This document shows, piece after piece, positions 52,555-62,305 of a stretch of DNA of 64,000 nt (its first letter is position 1; the number at the start of each line of letters is the position of its first letter). This DNA is from a virus (taxonomy: Duplodnaviria > Heunggongvirae > Uroviricota > Caudoviricetes): IMG/VR virus record IMGVR_UViG_3300042286_000208, positions 6,287 through 70,286 of that record, one strand, 5' to 3'. The notes beneath the pieces were generated by a model. It saw nothing but the letters and a program-made list of their open reading frames with translations. It made no database searches and was not told the DNA's origin. Position numbers and translations under genes: made by a program.

Positions 52555-53493
52555 GTGGGTAAAAAGATTCCAATCACCCCAAATTTTAATATACTAATTG
52601 ATTCACAAAACTTACTGAGATTAGACGATGAATTAAAAAAAATAAACACATATGTCGAGGAAAAACCTTTGGGTGATAGAATGAAAGAATACGAATCACT
52701 TACTCGATTTAAACTATCCAAAGAATATCCGATGATCATACGTCTTGACGGTAACGCATTCCATACCTTTACAAGAGGATTTGAGAAACCATTTGATAAA
52801 ATACTGAGAGAAGCAATGGAAGAAACAGCAAAGTTTCTATTAGAAAACATCCCAGGATCTCAATGTGCTTATCATCAATCAGATGAAATATCAATATTAG
52901 TAACAAACTATCAACTTAGCAATAGAGAACCTTGGTTTGATAACAATATTAATAAAATTGTTTCCATAACTTCATCCATGGCAACTTTAGCCTTCAATAG
53001 ATCTTTTCTAAAGAAGATTAAGGAAAGAATCGGTATTGTTGATTACAACGAAGCAAGAATATATGCCGAAGACAGTTTTGTAGCAAAAATGGATGCGATC
53101 GAGAATGGAGCTCTATTTGACTCAAGAGTGTTTATTTTACCAAAAGACGAAGTGGTTAATTACTTCATTTGGAGACAACAGGACGCGATCAAAAATTCAA
53201 TCTCTATGGTGGCTCAATCACTATTTAGTCACAAATCACTTCAGGGCTTAAATGGTCCACAAATGATTAAAAGAATGAAAGATGAAAAAGGTATCGACTA
53301 TGATAAAAAATATACCGTCATCGAAAGAAGAGGCAGTATTACTCATAGATTAAAACCGATGGAACAGACCAAAGTTATAAGAATGAAAAACGGTATAGAA
53401 AAAGAAATAAGATTTACAAGATCTAATTGGGGTATAGATGATAATATTCCAGTGTTTAAGGACGAAAGAGACTATATCGAAAAATTTATTTAA
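52555..53493 (+). CDS. thg1: tRNA(His) guanylyltransferase / Thg1-like 3'-5' polymerase
   Basis: RLDGNAFHTFT, QSDEIS, FDSRV, YFIWRQQDAIKNSISM. Confidence 0.92.
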   Translation: MGKKIPITPNFNILIDSQNLLRLDDELKKINTYVEEKPLGDRMKEYESLTRFKLSKEYPMIIRLDGNAFHTFTRGFEKPFDKILREAMEETAKFLLENIPGSQCAYHQSDEISILVTNYQLSNREPWFDNNINKIVSITSSMATLAFNRSFLKKIKERIGIVDYNEARIYAEDSFVAKMDAIENGALFDSRVFILPKDEVVNYFIWRQQDAIKNSISMVAQSLFSHKSLQGLNGPQMIKRMKDEKGIDYDKKYTVIERRGSITHRLKPMEQTKVIRMKNGIEKEIRFTRSNWGIDDNIPVFKDERDYIEKFI

Positions 53494-53520
53494 AAGATTT
53501 TAAAAGATTATATTAAAAAT

Positions 53521-53660
53521 CTCTTGATTAATTCAAGAAATGTTATGAAATATAACATTTAAAATAGGGCGAAGATATGCGGCGTCCTTGAATCGAGGAC
53601 GCCCAGCTCCGATGTTATAATAATGTGCCGCGCCGGTCGCGATCATTATTATAACATTAA
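53521..53660. repeat. Cluster of four inverted repeats with GC-rich cores
   Basis: TCTTGA/TCAAGA, AAATGTTAT/ATAACATTT, GGCGTCCT/AGGACGCC, ATGTTATAATAATG/CATTATTATAACAT. Confidence 0.8.
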
Positions 53661-53741
53661 ATAATTATTTACAATAATTATCATTTTAATATAAATATTA
53701 TAATTTTTACGAATCACCTAATAAAATAAAAACAATAGTTT

Positions 53742-53757
53742 TGAATAATTAATTATA
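53742..53757 (+). promoter_or_regulatory. Putative late promoter motif
   Basis: Exact 16-mer. Confidence 0.75.
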
Positions 53758-53784
53758 AACTATTAAGTAAAATAGGTGATTACT

Positions 53785-54669
53785 ATGAGAAAACTGACTA
53801 CTGATGAATTTGTGTTAAGAGCAAAAGATGTACACAATGATCTTTATACATACACCAAAACAACATATATAAATACATCTACTAAGTGTATTATTACATG
53901 CAAAAAACATGGTGACTTTATACAAACACCCAGAAATCATCTTCAGGGACAGGGATGTCCTGTGTGTGAAAAAAAAAGAAGGAAGAGCTGAAATAAAGAT
54001 AAGATCATTGAAAAAAATGTTTACATTGATAGAGTTAAAGATTCATGTGAGATTAATAACCTTAAATTTATTGAACTATCTAAAAAAAATAAATGGGGAG
54101 CCATAGTTCAGTGTAATAAGTGTGGTTATAAATATGACGTTTATTCATATGATATAGATAGATTTGGATGCCCTAAGTGTGCAAACAAAAGAAGATCTGA
54201 ATTTCAAAAAAGAACGGGATTATGAAAGAAAAATTTGAAAACAAATGGTGAATTCAAACACTTACTGGCATCGAGGACACAATATGAGGGATTGGAATAT
54301 AAAAGGTCTTCGTATGAAGATGATATATATAATTATGTTTCTTTATTTGTTGGTGAAGAGATTATATTGATCAATGACAGAAGTGTTTTATATCCATATG
54401 AGTTAGATATTTATTTACCTAATTTAAAAATTGCTTTAGAGTTCAACGGAACCTATTGACACAATAAGGATGTTTGAGAAGAATATAAATCTAAAGAAAA
54501 TTGCGAATATGACCAATGTAGAGAACAATACAAGTATTTAGAATGCAAAAAAAGAGACATAAAATTAATACATGTATGAGAAGATGATTGGTTGAAGGAT
54601 AGTGACAGTATTCTTAAAAATATAAAAAAGGAGATAATTTATGCCAGAGAAAAAAACATCAGAGGCTAG
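53785..54669 (+). CDS. Free-standing Zn-ribbon + DUF559/PD-(D/E)xK-like endonuclease (5 TGA=Trp)
   Basis: CKKHGDF, CPVC, CNKC, CPKC; YELDIY...ALEFNGTY(TGA)H and LIHV(TGA)EDDW. Confidence 0.8.
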
Positions 54670-56879
54670 AACTGTTAAGAAAACCTCTAGTAATACTAAG
54701 ACAGTAACAAAAAAAACACAAGTAAAACCTTCTAGTGTTAAAAAAAGTATCACTCCCAAAACAAAAGGTTCAGTCTCATCGTCAAAAAAAACAAAGACAC
54801 AAACTGGAAATAAGAATGGAGGTTTAAGATCCTCAGCTATGAAAACAGGCAAAGACCTAATCATAGTTGAGTCTCCCTAACAAGGTTAAAACTATTTCAA
54901 AAATATTAGGTAATAAATTTAATGTTATGGCATCTGCCGGACATGTTATGAGAATTGCAGACAAAGGTTATAAAAACTTAGGTATTAATGTTCAAGATGG
55001 AACTTTTGATATTTCTTATGATAAAATCACTGGAAAGTCAGATATCATCAGAAATCTTAAGCTATCAGTTCAGGATGCAAATGTTGTATATCTTGCAAGT
55101 GACTTAGACCGCGAGGGAGAGTTAATAGCTAAGACATTAAAAGATACATTAAAACTAAAAGAAGGAAAATACAGACGTATAACCTTTAACGAAATCACAG
55201 AAAAAGCAATATTAGAAGCCATAGAAAATCCAAGAGGCATCGACTACCAATTGGTTGATGCGGCTGAGTCAAGAGGTATTGAAGACAAAGTTATTGGTTA
55301 TCTTCTCTCTGGTATAGCAAGAAGAAATGTCGGTGCTCCTTCTGTAGGTAGAGTTCAATCAGCAAGTTTAATCATTGTATGCGAAAGAGAAAATGAAATA
55401 AATAACTTCATACCCAAGAAGTATTATGAAATATTTATACAAATAATTAAAGATGGGAAACCATTCTTAGCAAAATATGTCGGTACTATTGACAAGAAAA
55501 ATAAAGAACTAAATGACGAAGATTTAGTAAAATCTATTATTGAAGCTTGTAGACTTAGTAACGAATATGTTGTAATGGAAAAATCAACAAAACCTAAGAA
55601 AATTGCTCCACCTAAACCTTTAATCACTACATCAATGCAAACAGAAGCAAGTTCTAAACTAGGATTGAATCCAAGTGAAACTATGTCATTAGCTCAACAA
55701 CTATTTGAGGGGCCTAACGTGACTGGTATCACACACGGTTTAATTACTTATATTAGAACTGATAAAGCTGAATATAGTGAAGAATTTGGTAAAGAAGCAG
55801 AATCTTTTATCATTCATAGCTTCGGTCGAGAATTCCTCGGTAACTCAAAAGATATAAAGGCTAAAAAGGTAGAGGGTGCTCAAGAAGCTCATGAGGGGAT
55901 ACATCCGACTGATCTATCGATAACACCTGATTTCTTGAAAGGTAAAGTCCCTAATGATTTATATAGACTTTATAAAATGATTTATGATCGATCTATTGCT
56001 TCATATATGAAAGAGAAAGAACTGGCTTCTACCACAATGCTGATCAATAATTTATCTCATGTGTTTAAATACAATTACTCAGAGTTAGTTTTTGAAGGCT
56101 TCTCTAAAATGTATGAATCTGCTAAAGATGATGACGACGATGAAGAAGAAGTTATTGACAGACTAGATTTAAATGAAGGTGATAAAGTCGATGTTAAAGA
56201 CATATATTCTGTATTGAAAGAGACTAAACCACCAAAAAGATTTACAGAAGCCGGTCTAATTAAGAAACTTGAGTCATCAGGTATTGGTAGACCTTCCACC
56301 TATTCATCAACAATGAAAACATTAAAGGATAGAAACTATACAGAGATCAATCAAAGAACAATAAGACCTACTGTTCTAGGGATGAAGTTATATGATTTCC
56401 TTAATAAAAACTTCAGTGAAATCATAAACGTAGAATATACTTCCAATATGGAATCTGACCTCGATGCTATAGCCAAGGGTGAAGTTAAAAAACTAGATGT
56501 ATTGAAACCATTCTACGAAAACATAACTAATAACATTTCATCTTTTAATAAAGAAAATAAAGACAATAAACCAGCTGATGAACCAGTTGGAAGAAAATGT
56601 CCTGATTGTGGAGAAGAGCTAATATATAAAGTTAGTGCAAAAGGTACTAGATTTATTGGTTGTTCGGGATATCCTAAATGTAAACATGTTGAGTGGATAA
56701 ACAATGTGGACAAATCAGTTAAATGTCCGGAGTGTGATAATGGATACATAGTCCCAAAAACATATACAGACAAAACAACAAAAAAGAAAAAAACTATGTA
56801 TGCTTGTTCAGCATATCCAAACTGCACACATATCATGGAAGAAAAAACATACAAAGAACTAAAATCGAAGTCTGAATAA
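54641..56879 (+). CDS. topA: DNA topoisomerase IA with basic N-terminal extension; +1 frameshift at CCC-TAA 54875-54880
   Basis: LIIVESP|NKVKTI TOPRIM motif split across frames; DLDREGE, SVGRVQS, ITYIRTD, QEAHEGIHP, GIGRPSTY, C-terminal Zn ribbons. Confidence 0.9.
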
Positions 56880-56909
56880 GACTTCTTTTTTTGTTTTGAG
56901 TGTAACCAT

Positions 56910-56925
56910 TGAATAATTAATTATA
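56910..56925 (+). promoter_or_regulatory. Putative late promoter motif
   Basis: Exact 16-mer. Confidence 0.75.
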
Positions 56926-56945
56926 ATTGAAATGAGGTGACTACT

Positions 56946-57386
56946 ATGAGATTTGTAGCAGGCGACGTGGTATTTACAGATAACGCTAAACAACTATTAC
57001 CGGATATCAGTATATTCGATAGAATAATAAAAAGTGAACCAACTATATTAGAAAATAAGATGTGAAGAAAACAAATAGGTCTCACTACTAGCGGCATAAG
57101 TTCTGGTTCAATAGGATCTACAATAGATAATATATTCTATAGAAGTTGTTACCTAATATACAAAAGTGGAAGCAATATACAGAGCAGTAATGTAAGTTTT
57201 ACTGTCACAAATATTGTTTCTGGGGAGGCTATACCTTCTGAAGAGTTTAAGAATTGAGGTTTGGTCCAAATAGATGAAGGATTATACTTATTGTTTATAT
57301 GAATAGATATAGAACAAAGGTATACATTCAATTTAAATACCAATGTTTTTAATTCAGAAGATTGGTTTATTCAGGTGGTGATATAA
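56946..57386 (+). CDS. Hypothetical late protein (146 aa, 3 TGA=Trp)
   Basis: GAGGTGA SD; TAA overlaps next ATG; missing from track. Confidence 0.7.
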
Positions 57387-58288
57387 TGGAAAAGAGACAT
57401 TATTTAGAAGTATCTAATGCAGATATATCATCTATAAACTCTATAAATAGAGTTGTTTCTGTTGGTGGTCAAGTGACTGGTTATTTGATAAATAACAATA
57501 ACTACAATTTACAATTAGATGAACAATATGAACTATTGGTAACTTTACCAGCAAATCAACCATATAGTGGTGTCATAGCACATTCAGATACAACAGAGAC
57601 ATGGACAAAAGATGGCCTATATCTGCATAATAGTGGTCTAGAAGGATCAGTTGGTTTCAAAAAGGTATATATTAAAGACTTTTTGGAATCAATACCTGAG
57701 AGCTATCAATCTAAAATGATAAATGATTTATTGAATGATCCCTCAGTTTTAGATGGAATGGCTTCAAGTTTAATAAATAACACGATATATCCTAAAGAAT
57801 TTAGCATAATATATATAAATGATAACCAATGAGGAATACAAGACCAAATAGTTGCCTATGTGAGTAATATTTATTATATAAACAGTATGAATGACTATGT
57901 CCCTTATCAAAATACAAGTAATTTATATAATTCAGCTTGGGCCGTGCCTGATACTATATATGATCCAGATGCAAAAACTGCAGGTCTATTAAGTAATGGG
58001 ATAAGAAAAGACATGGTTATAAAATCAAAAAAATTGATTTATGTTGTTAGATACGAGGGAATGTTGATTACGGATACCACTAATTATTTTGGAGATACAG
58101 GTTTAGTATATCTAAACACAACAGAAATAGGTGGATTAGCATATCAGATGTATCTTAATCCTAAGTTTCTATACGATGTAAATGGTGAAATGATCGATCC
58201 ATTGGTTCAATCGGCGTGTCAAACTATATATATAGAAGATGCATTTAAACACGAAAATCTTAAAGGAAAGATTTTAAAGGTGTGGTAA
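57386..58288 (+). CDS. Hypothetical late protein (300 aa, 1 TGA=Trp)
   Basis: Track ORFs 57362 and 57860 in frame via TGA 57830. Confidence 0.7.
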
Positions 58289-58289
58289 T

Positions 58290-58571
58290 ATGAAAAAATT
58301 TATTAAAGACGAAATGAACATAAAAGACATTATTAATTCGGTAGACCTTAATAAGGTCCTGTATACAACAGATGCGACAGCTCTGGATATAGGAGTTCCC
58401 TTAGGCAATGTTATTGTTGTTGAATACGATGAAAGCACGGTATTAGATTTAGCAGAGCTTAATGGGCTAAATTATTTTGATAACGAATATGTTGTTCTGT
58501 CAATAACAGAAGTTATAGACAACAAGAGATATATTTATTTAAAAGAAATTCCTATGATACAAGCAACTTAA
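58290..58571 (+). CDS. Hypothetical protein
   Basis: 93-aa ORF closing the operon. Confidence 0.7.
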   Translation: MKKFIKDEMNIKDIINSVDLNKVLYTTDATALDIGVPLGNVIVVEYDESTVLDLAELNGLNYFDNEYVVLSITEVIDNKRYIYLKEIPMIQAT

Positions 58572-58574
58572 CTT

Positions 58575-58590
58575 TGAATAATTAATTATA
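58575..58590 (+). promoter_or_regulatory. Putative late promoter motif
   Basis: Exact 16-mer. Confidence 0.75.
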
Positions 58591-58623
58591 AAATAAAAAG
58601 AATAAAACAGGTAGGTGGTTAAT

Positions 58624-59790
58624 ATGACAGACTATAAAAATAGAGAAGAATTACAAAAAGCTATTAACGAAGGCTATTTTAATGTAAATAGTTATGAAAA
58701 AATTAGTAGCAAAGGTCTTTTACTTGAAAAAATACTAAACATGGCTAAAAATGATAAAGACGAGATATTTAAACAATTAGAGATCCTTGTCGAAGAAGTT
58801 ATCGAAGATGAAGCCGAGTTATCTCAGTCTGTTGATGTTGACTCTTTTATCGATAAAGCCAAAACAGAAGAAAACCTAAAATCTGCGGTTTTGGACAAAC
58901 TACCGATAACTACCTTAGCTATTAAGAAATTAGATGGAGAAAACGTAGAATCTCTAAAATGGCTTTTAGTTAAAAAACTAGAAGGTGTTTTCGATAAGAG
59001 AAAAATCTTTGAGCTTAATGACAGTGAGTTTAAGAAAATGTTGTGTTCTTTACTGAAAGGTGAAGAATCTGAAGAACTAAAAGACAACGAAGAAGACTTC
59101 ACAGACAAAGCAATAGAGGATAATACGGTTGAACCTTTAGTTGAAAGCTTTATTAAATATGCAGGAAAATCAATCAGAGAAGAACTTGAAGAATTAGCTA
59201 ATGATGACGATGAAAATAACTATTATTATTTAATCAAAAAACAAATTGACACGCTTGGTGATGTAAAACTTAAAGAAAAGATCGAAAAAGCATATGAAAC
59301 TATTTCTTTAGATTCATTAGAAAAAGATCCTATTGATATGATCGATGAGGTACCAGCTGTAATCAAAGATAAAGTTCAATTAGCTTATGTAAAAGATGCA
59401 ATAAAAAGAGGCAGCGACGACGAAGATGAAGAAGATGACGACGATCTAGATACAGATGAAGATCAAGAATTTTCTGAGATTGCAGATGAAGATGAAAAAT
59501 TAGATTCAGAAATGTTGAGTGCTGAAGAGCAGATCGAAAGACAAGAGAAACTAACCGAAGAGCTAAAACAATTATATATTATTAAAGGGACTAAAGATCG
59601 AATTATGTTAGAAAGTAGTTCCGTTTTAAAAGATATTAACTACAAAAAAACATTATTGACAAGAACATTATTATATGAAGAAGCTATGGGTAATAGAGAA
59701 AATAAAAAATATTGTGAAAAATTAATGAAAGTCAATACTCTCGTAGAATGTTTAGTTAGAAAATATTTACCAGTAATTCTATCAGAATAA
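58624..59790 (+). CDS. Acidic prohead core/inner-head-like protein
   Basis: D/E-rich; INEG, LVES, LESS, ILSE motifs; late motif. Confidence 0.55.
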   Translation: MTDYKNREELQKAINEGYFNVNSYEKISSKGLLLEKILNMAKNDKDEIFKQLEILVEEVIEDEAELSQSVDVDSFIDKAKTEENLKSAVLDKLPITTLAIKKLDGENVESLKWLLVKKLEGVFDKRKIFELNDSEFKKMLCSLLKGEESEELKDNEEDFTDKAIEDNTVEPLVESFIKYAGKSIREELEELANDDDENNYYYLIKKQIDTLGDVKLKEKIEKAYETISLDSLEKDPIDMIDEVPAVIKDKVQLAYVKDAIKRGSDDEDEEDDDDLDTDEDQEFSEIADEDEKLDSEMLSAEEQIERQEKLTEELKQLYIIKGTKDRIMLESSSVLKDINYKKTLLTRTLLYEEAMGNRENKKYCEKLMKVNTLVECLVRKYLPVILSE

Positions 59791-59882
59791 CAGAATTAAA
59801 TTTATAAAGAAATGGTGTTCCATTTCTTTATTTATCTGAAAAACAAAAATATCAAAAAAAGAAAACAATTGGAGGTTAATTA

Positions 59883-60197
59883 ATGAAAGCATATGTATTA
59901 GTAAAAGATACCATACCACTAGGAAAAGCTATAAATTCCTGTGTTCATGCAGGAGCCTTGATAAATGTTCATTTCCCAAGAGATAATGACCCCATCATGG
60001 AAGAATGATGGAATGATAGCTTTAGAAAAGTAACTTGTAAAGTATCAGAACAAATGTTTGAGAAAGCAAAAGAATTTAAAGACTGGTTCGCAGTTACAGA
60101 ATTAACTTTAAATAAAAAAGAAACAATATTGGTTTTTAAACCAAGACCAGATGAAGAATGGCCCACATTTTTTAAATATTTAACATTATATAAATAA
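59883..60197 (+). CDS. Peptidyl-tRNA hydrolase 2 (Pth2)-like protein (104 aa, 1 TGA=Trp)
   Basis: KAYVLVKDTIPLGKAINSCVHA...EE(TGA)WNDSFRKVTCKV...TILVFKP...LTLYK follows the Pth2 pattern; missing from track. Confidence 0.6.
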
Positions 60198-60213
60198 AAA
60201 AGGAGAAAAGACT

Positions 60214-60591
60214 ATGAAATGATTTAAAAAACCTATTGAAGTAAGATTTGAAATTTATGATAAATCTGGTGTAGAGAACACTAGAGAAGGAGAAGCACCT
60301 TACGAAGCAGGAGACTATAAAATGACTGGCGTCGAGGGTGAAATCTGGCCTATGAAGCCAGAAGTCTTTAACAAAAACTACGAAGTAATAGACGAAGAAG
60401 AAGGAATTGCTAAAAAGAGAAAAGTGCTTGTGGATGTTAAGTTTGCTTCCGAAGATACAAAAGTAACAACAGCTTGGGGCGCTTTGTTAACGGCAAAAAA
60501 AGGAGATGCTATTGTATCTGCTAGTGCCGAAGATAGATGGGTTGTTTCAAGAAGTATATTTGACGAAACATATTTACCAGAGGAGGATTAG
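60214..60591 (+). CDS. Duplicated PGDYG-like domain protein (125 aa, TGA at codon 3)
   Basis: TREG...AGDYKMTGVEGEIWP...FNKNY and TAWG...KGDAIV...RWVV...FDETY. Confidence 0.6.
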
Positions 60592-60592
60592 C

Positions 60593-60853
60593 ATGTATAA
60601 ATTAGTATACACTTCCAACCCTAAAATGGAACACCATCTTCAAGAAGAATTTGATGTTTATATAAATTCAAGTCTACTGGCGGTAAATAAAGAGGGAAAG
60701 GGTTTTTCAACAAGTAAAGTAATAGACACTTCCGCAATGATGGAAGCGGGTATTATAGTGAAAACAAAAAACTCAGTTTATATATTTGCCTATATAAACA
60801 ATAAAGTCGTATCAGAATTCTCTGGGTTCGGGTTTCTGAAAAGAGAGAATTAA
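60593..60853 (+). CDS. Hypothetical protein
   Basis: GAGGAGG SD, 86 aa. Confidence 0.7.
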   Translation: MYKLVYTSNPKMEHHLQEEFDVYINSSLLAVNKEGKGFSTSKVIDTSAMMEAGIIVKTKNSVYIFAYINNKVVSEFSGFGFLKREN

Positions 60854-60857
60854 AAAT

Positions 60858-61292
60858 ATGACACCGAATAAATATAATGTTGATCTAGAAACAATTACAT
60901 CTGTGGATGAAATGTTTCTAGCTCATAAAATAAAAGGAATTAAATGCAACCGCAGCATTCAACCAAACGAATGATCTTGTGATGAATGGAATAGACTTGG
61001 CTATGAGAGCAAGAATGAGTGTTTGATAAAACAAGAAGTTGATTTAACATTTTATTGAACAGGTCATGATGAAAACGGAGATTACTTCTCAACTTGAGTT
61101 TGTTTTGATTTTGATAAAAAAACATGGTTTGGGAATACAATAGATAAACACACTATGGAGTGAATGAGATTGGATGAAGACAGTATTGAGCATTATGTAA
61201 ATTATCATTGTAATACGGGTAGTGTTTTTGATATGGATATATCAAAACTAATATTTCTGAAATTGCAAGAATTAGGATGGTTAAAAATATAA
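60858..61292 (+). CDS. Hypothetical protein (144 aa, 4 TGA=Trp)
   Basis: Fills gap exactly; stop overlaps next ATG. Confidence 0.7.
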
Positions 61293-61762
61293 TGATTATA
61301 TCAGGATTTGCTGGAATAGGAAAAACAACTTTGGCATCTAAAGAAGAGGGTGTTGTTGATTTAGAGTCAGGTAATTTTAAATGACTGATAACAGAAGAAC
61401 AATCAAATCTTTCTGCTGAAGAAAGAAAAGGCTTGACAAAAGAACAGAATCCAGAATGACCAGAAAACTATATTTCTGAAATGGTAAGATTAAATAAAGA
61501 AGGAAAAATGGTATTAATATCTATGGACCCTCAAGTTAGACAAATTTTACAAGACAGAGGGATAGATTTCATATTAGCCTATCCTAAAAAATCATCTAAA
61601 GAAATATTTGTGCAGAGGATGAAAAATAGAGGTAATAATGAAAAATTTATTGAATTAATAGAAGGTCATTTTGAAGAGTGAATTGATGATTTGGACAAGC
61701 AAACACAATTTAAAATAATATTGGATGGAAATGAATATTTATCTGATAGATTTCAAAAATAA
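61292..61762 (+). CDS. P-loop nucleotide kinase-like protein (156 aa, 3 TGA=Trp)
   Basis: IISGFAGIGKTT; DLESGNFK(TGA); NPE(TGA)PENYI. Confidence 0.75.
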
Positions 61763-61772
61763 GGAGATAATT

Positions 61773-62252
61773 ATGAGCAAAAAAAGAATATTTATTGACA
61801 TGGACGGAGTCTTAGCTGACTGGTATAAAGGAGTCCAAGATCTACCAAAGGACATATATGATGAATATGCTTATAGACATGACGAAGTTCCTGGCTTATA
61901 TCTCAATTTGCCGATTATAGAGGGATCAGTAGAAGCTGTTCTAGAATTAAATAAACATTTTGATTTATTTATATTATCCACAGCATCGTGGGGAAGCTCT
62001 AGTAGTTTAACGGAAAAAGTGGAATGGATCAAGAAACTATACGGTAGTGAACAAGATTCCCCTTTTTATAAAAAGGTTATATTAACACACAGAAAGGACC
62101 TTCTTATCGGAGACTACTTGATTGATGATAGAGAGGTCAATGGAGCTAAAGAGTTCACAGGAGAATTGATACAATTTGGTACTTCTGGGTTCGAAACTTG
62201 GGCGGATGTTGTAAAATATATTTTATCTAAAGAAGGAATTGAGTCATCGTAA
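61773..62252 (+). CDS. 5'(3')-deoxyribonucleotidase (HAD, NT5C-like)
   Basis: IFIDMDGVLAD; HRKDLLIGDYLIDDR. Confidence 0.9.
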   Translation: MSKKRIFIDMDGVLADWYKGVQDLPKDIYDEYAYRHDEVPGLYLNLPIIEGSVEAVLELNKHFDLFILSTASWGSSSSLTEKVEWIKKLYGSEQDSPFYKKVILTHRKDLLIGDYLIDDREVNGAKEFTGELIQFGTSGFETWADVVKYILSKEGIESS

Positions 62253-62272
62253 ACATTTCATAATAAGAATAT

Positions 62273-62284
62273 TATATATTATTA
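62273..62284 (+). promoter_or_regulatory. Putative early promoter motif
   Basis: TATATATTATTA. Confidence 0.5.
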
Positions 62285-62305
62285 AATGAGAAGGTGGTGC
62301 TAAGT

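Noticed and set aside
53566-53612. tmRNA or tRNA 3' end (…GGACGCCCAGCTCC)
   Set aside because: Only superficial similarity; no T-loop consensus, CCA end or tag ORF
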